NCBI GenBank assembly: GCA_963693365.1
Contig: CAVNZM010000010.1
Location: 5,395,794-5,459,793 of the forward strand
From: Amoebidium appalachense
Taxonomy: Eukaryota > Protista > Ichthyosporea
Reading direction: 5' to 3'
Length of the DNA: 64,000 nucleotides
Shown: one piece after another, positions 1-55,513 of the stretch
Layout: each line of letters begins with the position of its first letter
How positions within the stretch are numbered: position 1 is the first letter of the stretch
The notes under the pieces: generated by a model
Seen by the model: the letters and a program-made list of their open reading frames with translations, nothing else
Told to the model about the DNA's origin: nothing
The model's database searches: none
Program-made: the position numbers and the translations under genes

Positions 1-1046
1 TGCCTTTTGTGGCATGTGTGTCTGAATTGCCATAGTATATATGTGTGTGTGTGTGTGAACGGTTGTTCAATTGCAAATGATGAACATGCATGATGGCGCA
101 TGATGCACGGATGAAATTGCGTCAGACAAATAACCGGCGGGGGGGGGGGGGGGGGGGGAGGGGGGGGAGGGGGAGGGGGGAGGGGGGGGGATCGATAAAG
201 AACGAAAAAAGAGGGTGGTGGTGTGATGGTGGTGGTGGTGGTGGTGGTGGGGGGGGGGGGGGGGAGGGGGAATATTAAAGGGGAAGCAGTTACAGAGGAA
301 AAATGGAATTCAGAATGTGTGCCACGTGTGTGCGCGCCATCATTATACAGAGAAGAGCATATTACCCTACGGCCGTTTGTGATCATGAGCGTATTGGAGG
401 GCGTGCGCGCACGTGTGTGTGCCTGCGTGTGCAAGGGTGCTTTACTGTACATTGTGAGAAAATCAGTGGTCATGAGCAACCAGCCATTGCGGTCTCCGTA
501 TGAGATCTTAAGGGGCGTAGAGAGGGGAGGCCCCCACGGGCCAGCGGTCGTTCTAGGGGGAGGGAGGGGGGGGGGGGGGATGCTAGCTAGTATTAAAGCA
601 GACCCAATTTGACCCAGGGCCTGATAATTGATACCAATTAGTGGGTGTAGAGAAGGTGCCAATGCCAATTTGTTTTCAGGTTGGTATCCAATATACATAC
701 TATATGTAGTATTAGTCATATTTGGGTAGCCCCCGGGGCTCCCCCCCCGGCCTGGGCGGTGGTGGGTCCCCCCCCCCCCCATTACTACTACCCCCCTCCC
801 CGTTTCAAAATCAAAAAAGCCTTAGGGGGCATGTGTCCTTTGCATACACACGTGAACCCATACAGTGTTGCCGTAACGTATACAAAAAATGCCCCTCTGT
901 TTGCCAACTTGAATATGCACATGTAAACCTGACCCCGGGGCACCCTCGAGCACACACGCGCAAACAGAAAGTGTTGCCGTGGTGTGTACACACGGGGCCC
1001 TCTGTTTTGTGCACACACATGCACACGTACACGCACACACGCGCAG

Positions 1047-1087
<41 letters not shown>

Positions 1088-1835
1088 GCCATGCATGTGT
1101 AACGAAAAGCCTATTGACCCTCGAGGTATTTTCGCTCGTTTGAGCCCATGCTAATACTATCACGCGTACTGTCGGCTGAATAAAGACATCTTTACTAACG
1201 TTTATTCACATCATCTAAAAGACAAGTAACATTGAACGCCAAATAAACACCAGCATTCCCAAGGGCAAAAAAAAAAAAAAAAAAAAAAAAAAAGGTGTCT
1301 TCATGATTTAGCTACTACGCAGTACCTACCTAGTGCATGCTACCTTCATCGCACTCGTACCACTATCTACCTATCCCACGGTATACACATCAAACAGCCC
1401 AGTGGTGATGCATTGTACCGGAGTGATAACTATCGAACTCTGGCCAGGCCTAAAATATACATTCGGTTTCTAGGATTGTTCACATATTTTCACAAGCGAG
1501 ATATACAAACATGCACCACTAGTAAACATCAGCATCATCTATACAACCTAGCATATCTCATCTTCCCACTCACGTTATCTAATACCCGTGCGCTGTCAGG
1601 GCTTGTTTCGAAGGCCCGCAGGACCTCCCCCTCCTCCCCTACCCCCCCCCCCCCCCCCCATCACACACACACCCTCACCCCCTCCCTCTACCCTTCCCCC
1701 CCCCCCGCCCTCCCCGCAAGCGTGCCTGCCCGTTTGCAGATTTGCCTTCCCCACCGCCATACGCTTCCAAGGAATAACATAGCCGCTTAAAAAGCACGCC
1801 GCGTGACCAACACCGTACAAATTCACTATTGCTCT

Positions 1836-2475
1836 CTACTTCCGTGGGATTTGTCTTGCAGGGCGGTGATTACGGAACATTTCAACCGCATGCTGCCCAG
1901 CGCGTGTAGCCGTCAATTCATCGATAATCTTTTTCAGCTCCACAGGCAACTCGCTCGTATCTGGCACAAGGCTTGCATAGTCGCCCGAGGTAGTGACCAA
2001 AGGGGCGGCAAGAGAAGCAAAAGTAACGTCTGCGGCAGTAAAACTGTCTCCAAACATAAATCCTGTGCCGTTTTTCTCCAACTGTTCGCCTACTTCAGCG
2101 AAAATCTGGCGGACCATAACCAGATCTGACTTCATATTCTCTTCGTTTATCCGCATGATCTTCATCATTGCAGGTGCAATACGTTTGTATGCAAACATAA
2201 ACAGCCACGCCTGGAAAGTCCCCACACACTTGTATCCCAGGTGTTTAATCAGTTCGGGAGTTTGGAGGACGTAAAAGTAATAGATGCGGCGGGTGGCGGC
2301 ACCAAGTTTTTGAGCGTTTGCATCTTCCCATGCTGCGATGGCAGCCCCCTGTGAACATATTGGGTTTAGATGCTCGATTATGGTAAGTGGAGAATGCAGG
2401 GCTGGGTGATGGGTGATGGGTGTGTGCCGTGTATTGTGTATGTGTGTGTGTGTGTGTGTGGCCGTTTGTAAACTT

Positions 2476-2506
<31 letters not shown>

Positions 2507-2722
2507 GGGGGGAGGAAGGGGGACAAGGTGGGGCTTGAAGTTTGAAAAAAGACCAGGGAGGGGGAGGGGGATGGGTGTGGAGTATGGGGAGAAGGAGGTG
2601 ATGACAGGTAGGAAACGGAGGCAGAGGTAGAGTGTAGGGCCACCAGGTAAGAGATGCAAATGGAATGACCCAAAGTTTCGTGTGTATTCATCGTGTTTTT
2701 TTTTTTTTTTTTTTTTTTTTTG

Positions 2723-2759
<37 letters not shown>

Positions 2760-2857
2760 TTGAGAAGGACGACGGGTATAGAAAGTGGGGAGGCCGTTTG
2801 GGAAGTATTAAAAAAGTATGATAGAACTTTTCGTGGGGGGCTTCCGGCTGAATGTGG

Positions 2858-2889
<32 letters not shown>

Positions 2890-3327
2890 AGGGAGAGCGA
2901 GAGGTGGGCAAACAGAGGGCGGATGTGAGAGAGAGGAGAGAAAAAGAGGGTGGGGGGGAGGGAAAGAGAGACTGCAAGAGAGAGAGAGAGAAGGGGCGGG
3001 GGGAGGGGGGGGGAGCAGACAGGAGAGAGGGAGAGAAAAGGTAGAAAGCAATAGAGAGTGAGCTTCAAAGAAATTCAGATTTTTTTGGTGGGCGAAAGGA
3101 GGGGGGAGGGGGGGGGGGGGGGGGAGGGAGGGGCTCGGAGCAGGCTATCGCACAACAAATAGGGAGGGAGAAAGGAGCCCGAGGGGGGAGGGGGGATGTG
3201 GGTGTGTGTGTGTGTGTGCGTGCGTGCGTGTGTGGAAAAAGACTCAGAATCGGGGCGCAAGAAGCCGTGTGCCTGTGCGTGTAAGTGTAAGTATGTGTGT
3301 GTGACGGTGTGTGTTTGTGTGTGTGAC

Positions 3328-3398
<71 letters not shown>

Positions 3399-4623
3399 AC
3401 GTGTGTGTGTCGGGTAGCAATTGGGAGGAAGGCGGGGTTGGGGGGTGGGAAAGAGCTAGAAGCAGCACCAGGCAAGAAACGAGAGAGAGAGAAAGGGGGG
3501 GGGGGGAGGGGGGGGGCGACGAGGGTGAGAGAGACAGAGAGACAGAGAGACAAAGAGAGAGGGGGGAGAGAAAGGGGAAAGAGGAGAGCGAGAGTGGGAG
3601 AACGAGAAAGAGAGTGAGTGAGAGCGAGAGAGAGAGGAGGTGTGTGACTGTGTGTGTTTGTGTTCATGTGCACGTGGGTGAATAAGACAGCGCGACAACG
3701 GGACCGCAAAGGGAGAGAAGAGGGTAGTCGGAGAGAGAACAAAACAGACTTCTGAAGGGGAGGAGTGACGGAGTATTGAGAGGATCACGGGCATTGCTCG
3801 GATTGCTCGGGTAAAGTGAGACAGATCACAAAACTTCAAGAATGCTATTATATATCTAATTAATACCTGGCTGGCTGGGTAAAGTGTCCTTTCTTCGGAC
3901 CCGTTCTTGTGGTGCGCGTATTTGATTATGTCACCCGAATCTTGGATCCACTCTCCCCCGATAGTCTTGAGTGCAGGCGTGCCTGTAGATTCGAGCTTGC
4001 GAAAAAGCCCCATGGCCCACTTCAGTCCCAAGATGTGAAAACCTGGCAGATATCCAGACTCTGTGTACGCGACCTGATAGAAGTCGAGTGCCCATCTGTA
4101 ACGGGAACAGTAATAGCTTTAGTATTGTTTGTTTGAGAAACCGGGTATCCTCATTGATGCGATGCATCTTCCAATTGCTGAAGAATATAACGGATGTTGT
4201 TTTGAAAAAACGTTGAGCTTAACAGACAGACAAGCGTACTAATACTCGCCTGATCGAGATCGTGCGTGCTGATCATAAGCCGTTCAAGGTGTCTGGCTGC
4301 GCACTTCGCGAAAACAGCATTAAGCATGACACTCCTAGAAAAACAATATGAATTCTACAAATCAGCCTTCTCGAGGTGACAAGCGCACGAGTGATGCACC
4401 TGCCACACATCCTCCGATTCGAAAAGGAGGGAGGCAAAGGAGAACCAAAGTCAAATGCAGCATGAAAGTTTAAACCATATCTTTGTGCTTTTTGCCTGCT
4501 TCAAGCCGGGAGCTGTCGACTGGTTCGTGTTGCAGCTTCTGTACAGGATTGCAACCGGATGCACACCCACCTTGCCCTCTCGCAGAAGTGGGAGAAGATG
4601 ATGCTAACCATGTGTTCATGCAT
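1836..4623 (-). CDS. Glutathione S-transferase family protein, 3 exons (4623-4571, 4095-3867, 2348-1836)
   Basis: GT-AG splicing gives [18 protein letters not shown]|[20 protein letters not shown]...GTPALKT...[10 protein letters not shown]...|...[10 protein letters not shown]...[20 protein letters not shown]. This contains the GST N-terminal SHxCE(K/R)ARWALD and DS motifs and the C-terminal N-capping box (FTAAD). Intron phases are consistent. Confidence 0.88.
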
Positions 4624-5170
4624 GTTTGCTTCCTTCTGTCACCGTTACTGTTGTGTGATTACCTGATACTTCTATAAGCATGAACCTTACACCCGGTTGT
4701 CACCTATCCAGCCTGCATGCAGCGCTCCCGGCGGATCCGCACTTTCTGGGCCTAAACGATGTTCCGCCGCCGCGCCGCGGGAAAGGCGAACTTTAAGGTC
4801 AAAGGGTTCATTTTGAAATTTCACTATGTATTTGATCAAATTGCATATGTAGGATTATCGGCCCCCACTGAGTATCGGGAGTTAGGGAGTATGGGGGATT
4901 ACGATCTGCCGTTATGCACATGCATGGTTCTCTACAGTTCATCCCCGCACTCAATTTGATTGGTGTGGACATAACGGACCAATAGTCTTATATACCATAT
5001 ATGGTATGTAAGGAAATTTATTTTTGGACATTTATTCGTTAATGTCAATATCGAAAGTGCTGAAAAAAATTCACACGCCCCACCCAGCGAAGACTGGGGA
5101 TGCCGAATGATCCAATCGGAGGCTTGCGTATATTTTTTCAAATCACCAATAGGAAGACGCTAAGGGCACG

Positions 5171-5178
5171 TGACGTGA
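5171..5178 (+). promoter_or_regulatory. UPRE-like bZIP site TGACGTGA (overlapping CACGTG) in the GST/PDI divergent promoter
   Basis: The sequence GGGCACGTGACGTGAG matches the UPRE consensus TGACGTG(G/A). CCAAT boxes lie nearby (~5112, ~5146, ~5360). Confidence 0.45.
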
Positions 5179-5385
5179 GTGAACTGAGTGCATATATTTT
5201 ATCTCGCATCGGCTACACAGGAAACCATTATGATCGATTTCATTGATGTGTTGATATACAGAGCGCTTTATTTTGTCGGCCAGGATCTATACGTATAGTG
5301 CAGCGTACAAGGCGTACGAGTCGGCACGACACTGTGTATGCATGAGAAGGTTTCCCTAACCAATCAAAAAGTGGTGCCATTTTGG

Positions 5386-5404
5386 CCAATCATTTTCTGC
5401 CACG
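5386..5404 (+). promoter_or_regulatory. ER stress response element (ERSE) CCAAT-N9-CCACG
   Basis: CCAAT cattttctg CCACG matches the consensus exactly with a 9-nt spacer, ~440 bp upstream of the PDI ATG. Confidence 0.7.
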
Positions 5405-5843
5405 GAAAAAGTTTTCCTGGCAACGAGTCAGCTCAAGTCGAGTCTAGAGATGACCCGAACCGTCACCCGGTGATGGTGTCCGCCGAAAATCTTACACATA
5501 ATATTACAAATGAAAAGTATACTTAAATCAGTTACACAAAACAGCAGCTGCAAATAAGTTTCTTATAATAAATTACCATAGCAACATTATTGCATCCTTT
5601 TTGTAGCATTTGGTTCAGCCAAAGTTGACGGCTGGATGACTCGATTATTTAAGAAGCGGTTCGATTCGACTTGTCAGGAGAAAACATCCACTACTGGCCT
5701 GTGCAGTGTGCAACCGAGCGGCCCGACCCGGATCATCGGTCACACTCGCAGGTCTACTTGCAGGTCTTCCAGTCCAGTATTTCTGTTGACTGACTTTTCC
5801 AGGAAAACGTTCTGTCTGTCTGTCGAACTGCTTGGCTGGCAAC

Positions 5844-15459
<9,616 letters not shown>

Positions 15460-18051
15460 GCTCAGAATGTCTGTGTTTTGCCCTGGATGTAAGCCGCTGA
15501 GTTTGACATATGCTCCATATAGAGGTTTTACCCTAGTATGAAGTATATGGTAGTGTGGGGGATAATGTGCAAGTTGTGTGGTGTGTTCATAATCCTCAGT
15601 CCGGCATTACATACATATATCATGTTTGTTGCATGTTTAAGCTTCTCGCGGTATTTTTCGGCTCGCAACATAGAACCAGCAAATATTCCTTCTTTCCAGG
15701 ATCCCCCTCTGCTTTTGCTTTTCGACTTGTGCACGTAACAACTGTGTACATAAAATCTAACGGCCTCTCGTACTGGGTTCGAGTGTGAAGGCTCTAATCG
15801 AAGTCGTAATATGCCGGTATACTGTAACGTGTGCATGGTATCGTATTTTTTTTCTGGAGAGATCATTACGGCTGTTGTAATTCTACTCAGTGCGCGTAAA
15901 ATAAAGATGAAGAAACGTTGAATCTCGGCAATAATTATTGCAAGAAGACAATTCGAATCCATTCACAAAAAATTTCGCTGTAACATTGTTGTACTGCAAC
16001 ACACGCCTGAAAATACGCTGCAGCCGCAGAACGTTATAAATACTCTCACGTGAAGCGTGTGCAAGTGCACATCCATAGAACAGGTATATGCAAGTGGTGT
16101 ACGAATAGTGTGCATATGAGATGCACATGCAGTCTGCATACACACATACGCCCACACACCCACCCACAGACACACACACACACATACACACACACGTGAC
16201 ACGCACTCCATAACACGCACCGACACACACGTACGCACTCCGATACACGAAGTGCTCTCACCCCGGTGGCGCACACGTGCACATAAAATAACTCAGATGT
16301 AACACAGTGTCCAAACCCGTCTAAAAGCTTTATCTAATCAGGGCCTTCCAGCAACAGTTGCTAGTAACGTGCATACTGTGTGTGAGGCAGATCGCAAATC
16401 CTTCGACTCTGTTGGCCGCCTTGAAACAGTCGTCGTGATGTTACATTACAGTGCAGTGACTGACAGTGTGCGCATGCACGCGTCAACATCGGTCATCTCA
16501 GTGACGGCTCGAGCCTCAAGCACATGTCATTAATAACTCTGGATGTACACGTACAAGTTTAACATCCAAACGGCGTCGTCGGGTGACGGCGTCGCGTGAT
16601 GAATGTTCAAATTTGCTCCATTGCAACTTCAGAAATACATATGTGTGTGTGTGGGGGGGGGGGGGGGGAGGGGATTGCAACTGGCAGAATACACGTGTGT
16701 GTGCACATGTGTGTGTGTGGGGGGGGGGAGGGGGGGGGAGGGGTGAGGAGGGGGGGGGGGGGGAGGCCGGCGATATACGGTTTCATGGAACGTTTTTTTT
16801 TGTGTGTAAAAGACTCGAGATGTGGCTGTGATCAGGTGCCGAAGCACCAAACCAGGCCAACCATAATATTGATTACGTAAGTACTTCGGTGCCTGTATGT
16901 CACCTGCAGGCGAGCACGAGGCTCAAGTAGTCTATCTGATTCACCGAAATTCCATGCCGGAAAGTTCTGTGTGGAGACAACGGTGTCAAACTTTGACAAG
17001 GTGTGTGTGTGTGTGTGCACGCTTGTTTACAATGTGCACTGTGTGTGTGTGTGTATTTGCATGTGTGTACATGTGTGCGTGTGTGCGCGCCCGCGTGTGT
17101 GTTTGTTGGTGTGTTTCATAAGCACGCGTGCGTGTGTGTTTTGTACACACAGTACACGTGTGCCTGCGACAACTTGACCCCCCCCCCCCCCCCCCCCCCC
17201 TCCCCCCTTCCCTTTTCTTTTTTTTTCTTTTCTTTTTTTCTTTTTTTTGCCTATGTGTGTAATTACACAGCGCCTCCTAGCCTAAATAGCAAACCTACAG
17301 CTAAAAATGTAGGCCCATACCGAATTAGCGTGTGTGTCTTCGGTGTGTGGGCGTATATAAATGCATGTGTGATCCTGCAAATTTAAAATCCGAATATTGA
17401 GAGGTCGTCGGGAGAGTGCACTCGAAACATCACAAGCCATTCGAATTTTCCATATATTCGGCTCATTCATTATAGTGTTCATGAATTACACCCATATTTG
17501 TTTGGTCACCTTCAAGGTGGGCTTACATTACTATGTGGTGACTTCAGAGGTTTCTGCACGTGCGATACACACATTCGGCTAAATCAAACTAGAAACTACA
17601 TATGCTGGGTCCAGCTAGCCTACATACCTTTGCACGGGAGCACCAGCACTGATGACTATCAATTATTACTAGCCTACTGTTGTAGATAAATTACGTAAAC
17701 AGCTTGTGATTTGACTACTTATATCAAAGTTATCTAGCTATAGCTGGGGAGAGATTTTTGAACTGGTGAGCCAACACTGTGGGGTTAGTCCTAAGCTGGT
17801 GAAATAACATAAGCAAGGAACGACGTGTTGTCGAACGAATGTATGGTTTTTATTATAAGCCATCCAGCAAAAGGCAAAACTATATAACCACCACCATTAT
17901 ATGCGGCTGCCCACGTTTATACTGAATTACTTATACAAGAACTGTACAAAAACATGGATGTCAAGACTGAGGTGACAAAAAGCAAAACAAAAACAAAAAA
18001 AAAAAAAAAAAAAAAAAAAAAAGGAAACAAAACCCCCAGAAAAAAACCACC

Positions 18052-19810
18052 TCAATAGATGGCGGCAGCTGTGCTTGCCTGTGCCCCATGTGACTCGGAC
18101 GCACACGACATCGACCTCCGTGTCTTTCTGCTCTGCTGCAGAATCCTAAGCTCCCCCTCTGTCAAAATGGGAGGCTGGATCGTATCAAGCATGTTCTCGA
18201 TCAAATCGATGGCGTCCTCTGGATATTCTGCCCGCACCAGGAACATGCCAATCCATTCTGGGATACCCGTGTCGTAGCCAAGCACACCGGTCCCAGCACG
18301 CTTGTACGTTTTCGTGCAAATTACGTCCGGGTGCTGCTTCAAATGGTCAAGCCACCGTTCGTGCAGAACCACACCCGTTTTTGGCGCACAGATCTCGTAA
18401 TCCGCCAGAGCACACACCGGCTCAGTTACATTCTGAAGTGACGGGAGGGGTACTCCACATGCAACAAGAAACTGGCACTGGAACAAATCTACACCATATA
18501 CCTCCTTGTGGAAGAGAGGTGTGCGACCACCACCAATACGGGGGTTGATCTCCACCAACACTGGTTCGCCCTGAGGCCGGAACGGGGTGGGGGCCGAGTA
18601 CCGAACCTCAACATGAAAACAACCCTGCTGGAAACCAAGTGCGGAGATGCACTCGGCAGTGTATGACTTCAGCTCTGACTGTTCGTTTAAAGGGAGAACA
18701 CTCGGACAGTTGCTGCCCGTTTCCATAAATGTCGGTTCCACTGCAGGAGGGACAACTGTGTGAGTAAGAGGAGATGCTTCCTGGCCTTAAACGAAGCCGG
18801 AGATCATATGACCATACCACTGATATCAAAGGAGCGTAACCAGTGTCATCTCAACCAACAACAAAAAAGGGGCAAGGAGCATGGTACCAACTAAATACCA
18901 AAAAGCGGGCAACAAGCATGGCACACAAACTAAACACCAAAAAAGGGGCACAACTAGACGGGCTACAGAATCCGGCAAGCAGCTTCAACTGTAACAAAAC
19001 AGGACCTGAAAAAAAAAAAAAAAAGAAAACAAAAGAAAAAAAGGCGTCTTTACCTGTTGTCCAGTTGTCCACTATGTTACTATACACAACCTCCCCTTGG
19101 GACAGCACCATGTCGATGTCGTACTCGAACCCAGGCAGGTATTCTTCCAGCAAAACCCCTGAATCCACGCATCCAGGGTTGTATGATAAAAGCGTTGTGC
19201 TGTTGAGCCTTTGCTGCACGGCATCAAAACGAGCGTAAACTTCCGGGAGGGAATCACAACGATAAACTCCGTCTGAAGCCATACCGCATGAAGGTTTTAG
19301 CACAAGCGGGAAACCAACCTTTTCTGCGGCGGATGCTATATCCTCACGTGAATTGACTTTCGAAAAACGTGGGGTTCTAAGACCTCTGTTGGAGCAAAGG
19401 GCACGTGTGGTGCATTTGTTACGCGCAGCACAGTAAGATGCCTTGCTGTTCCCTGGGAGGCCTAAGAGTTCGCTCACTTCGCCCACTAGCGGCATGGCAT
19501 GCTCCCACACAGAAAAAACACCGTCTACAGAAACTTGTGCAATGTTCACCGCATCAACAATGCGTTGGCCTGCAGAGGTAGGGTTTGAGATGTCTACAGA
19601 TATGAAATTGAACTCTGTGCAGAGTTTTGCTTTCAAGAAAGCCTCGCGTATGATTGCGCCGTCTTTGTCTGTTGGTACAACAACGAACAACGTAGCATCG
19701 GCATGCACTGCTGATTTAAAGCAGTTTATACTCGAGTCAAAAAGATGGGGTGTCAGAAAACACGTTATAACAAGCACGCGCTTTCCGCGTACACTATTCC
19801 ACTCTGCCAT
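18052..19810 (-). CDS. ATP-grasp ligase, carnosine synthase / L-amino-acid ligase-like; 2 exons (19810-19054, 18740-18052)
   Basis: Motifs ARNKCTTR, GFPLVLKPSCGMASDGV, LLEEYLPGFEYDID, DNWTT|VEPTFMETG, GCFHVEVR, VLVEINPRIGG and YGVDL. A single phase-1 GT-AG intron joins the two ORFs. Confidence 0.9.
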
Positions 19811-20140
19811 TTTGCTTTATGCTTTTCCTACGAAAAGGATTCTAGTTTAGAGTTCTAGTAGAAAGATTTTGTGAGGGTGGAGCAAAAAAAGAGACGCACG
19901 CATCATCGACACAACAGCACAGAAATAACTGAGACATTACGTTCCTGGGTCCCTGCTTTTCTAATGCCTATCACAAATGCTTCGAAGAAAATAATGTGTG
20001 ACTCTGATTCTTAAAGTTCAAATAAAAAGGTTTAAAATAATATTAAATGCACATAGAGTAGGGTTTTGAGACTTCAGAAGCTTTATAATACCCTAGTTGT
20101 TTTTACTGAATAAGCGAAATTGAATGGCCTGAGTATGCAA

Positions 20141-20325
20141 TCTTATTGGCTCAAGTGCTTAGACAGTTCTTATTGGCTCGTAGCCGGCAAAAAGGTCTTT
20201 GAAGACTCACGAATCAATGGCAGAAAGTGACGTCATTAGAACGATTTTCACGGAATATGATTGGATAAGCAGTTAGGATATTCACGACAACCTTAACCTT
20301 GTTGAAAAGCTAAAAGCTTACCAAT
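20141..20325 (-). promoter_or_regulatory. Promoter of the ATP-grasp gene: CCAAT boxes and a palindromic CRE (TGACGTCA, 20228-20235)
   Basis: ATTGG at 20145, 20172 and 20260, CCAAT at 20321, and a duplicated TCTTATTGGCTC, all in AT-rich, microsatellite-free DNA upstream of the ATG. Confidence 0.5.
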
Positions 20326-20805
20326 CTATACAGGTAGAACAAAAAAAGCCCCAAAAAAACATTTTGATTTTCGTATCAACTGTAGAATACCTACAAATAC
20401 TCTTCTGTTTCCTTTTCATATTTACACGGGAATTTCATTTTAGCCACCACGATAGGTCATGCACCTAGATTGCCGGCTGAAGGGACACATGTACATCAAC
20501 CAATTAGCGCGCAATAGCCAACCCACGCACAAGATGAAAAGTGCTTTGCAATTGACTGACTCAGGCAGTCAGGCTCATGAGGTCTCCGAGTCTGCAGGCT
20601 CGGTGTGTGTGTTGTGACAGTTGTGTGTGAAGTATTATGTATGTTCTTACCCAGTATGTGCTGGGATGCGTGGAAAATACAGCGGTCTTGCTATGTTTTA
20701 CAGCACAGTGGGTTCACATGCTGAATCGTACTGATGCAGTCCATCAGGATGGCAATTTTTCCGTACCCATGGCGACAGTGTTCAGCAATTCTAGCGATCT
20801 CTTGC

Positions 20806-20973
20806 CGCCGAAATATTGACTTGCTGCCCAATTTTGACCGAAATGCACCACAACCCATATTTACGAACATAGATGTATAGAAGCACATGGTGTCACACCG
20901 GCTTGTCTCGAGGTTCAAGACATTCTCTCATATTCATTCGGTCAAAATTGGGCAGCAAGTCAATATTTCGGCG
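20806..20973. mobile_element. MITE-like element with perfect 37-bp inverted repeats
   Basis: 20806-20842 CGCCGAAATATTGACTTGCTGCCCAATTTTGACCGAA is the exact reverse complement of 20937-20973, with a 94-bp spacer. No target-site duplication seen. Confidence 0.7.
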
Positions 20974-21035
20974 TTATATACCCCCCATGGCACTGCCAGG
21001 AGCAGACAACAGCCTGGTGCTAGAAAAGAGACAAT

Positions 21036-21080
<45 letters not shown>

Positions 21081-21580
21081 AGCAAACTACACACACAAAA
21101 AACCCCTCCGATAATTGAACAGGAAACGAATTATAGGAGGGAGGAAAGAAAGGGGAAACAAAGTGTTGGACAGCTCCAAAACACAGAGGAGACTGTTAGT
21201 CATTGTATGACAAAACGGCCCTACATCTTCTGCTCCGAGGCACACACCCCCACGGTCCGAACCAACCTGCCTAGCTGAGCAATTTAAATAAAACCGAGCA
21301 GTTGGTGCCAAAACCACTGCATGTAAAAGACACACTTAAAAATAGGCCTGCGTGAATAAGAATAAAAACACCTATAAAAAAACAATCAAAACGGTTACTC
21401 AAACTACGTCAAAGAGAATTAAGGCTGGTGTGGGCCGTGCTTATGTACATGAACGTGGTGCTTAAATCCCGCATTGCATGTGCATGCACGTGCTGCAATG
21501 CAATCGAAGTAAATAATTTGGGCAGGGGGAAAAAAACCACACTATCAAGGAGGCGAGACATTTTGCAACTAACTGTTGGG

Positions 21581-21619
<39 letters not shown>

Positions 21620-21799
21620 CCCCCAGCGGGGAAATGAAAGAAAAACGAAAAAAAAGAAAAAAAGAAAAAAAAGAAAAAAAAGAAAAAAGAAAGAACCAGG
21701 TGTGTGTGCTCACATATACATATCCCACCACACCACTCTCTCTCTCCGATATCCGAAAGGAAGAAAGTTGTGTAGATACTGACGCATGCACAGCCACGC

Positions 21800-55513
<33,714 letters not shown>

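Noticed and set aside
500-1010. Possible MITE or direct repeats near the window start (agtgttgccgt...ccctctgttt twice)
   Set aside because: No convincing terminal inverted repeats or second copy; too degenerate to call.
18855-18960. ~38-bp degenerate tandem repeat in the ATP-grasp intron
   Set aside because: About 2.5 copies of an ordinary local duplication with no further structure.
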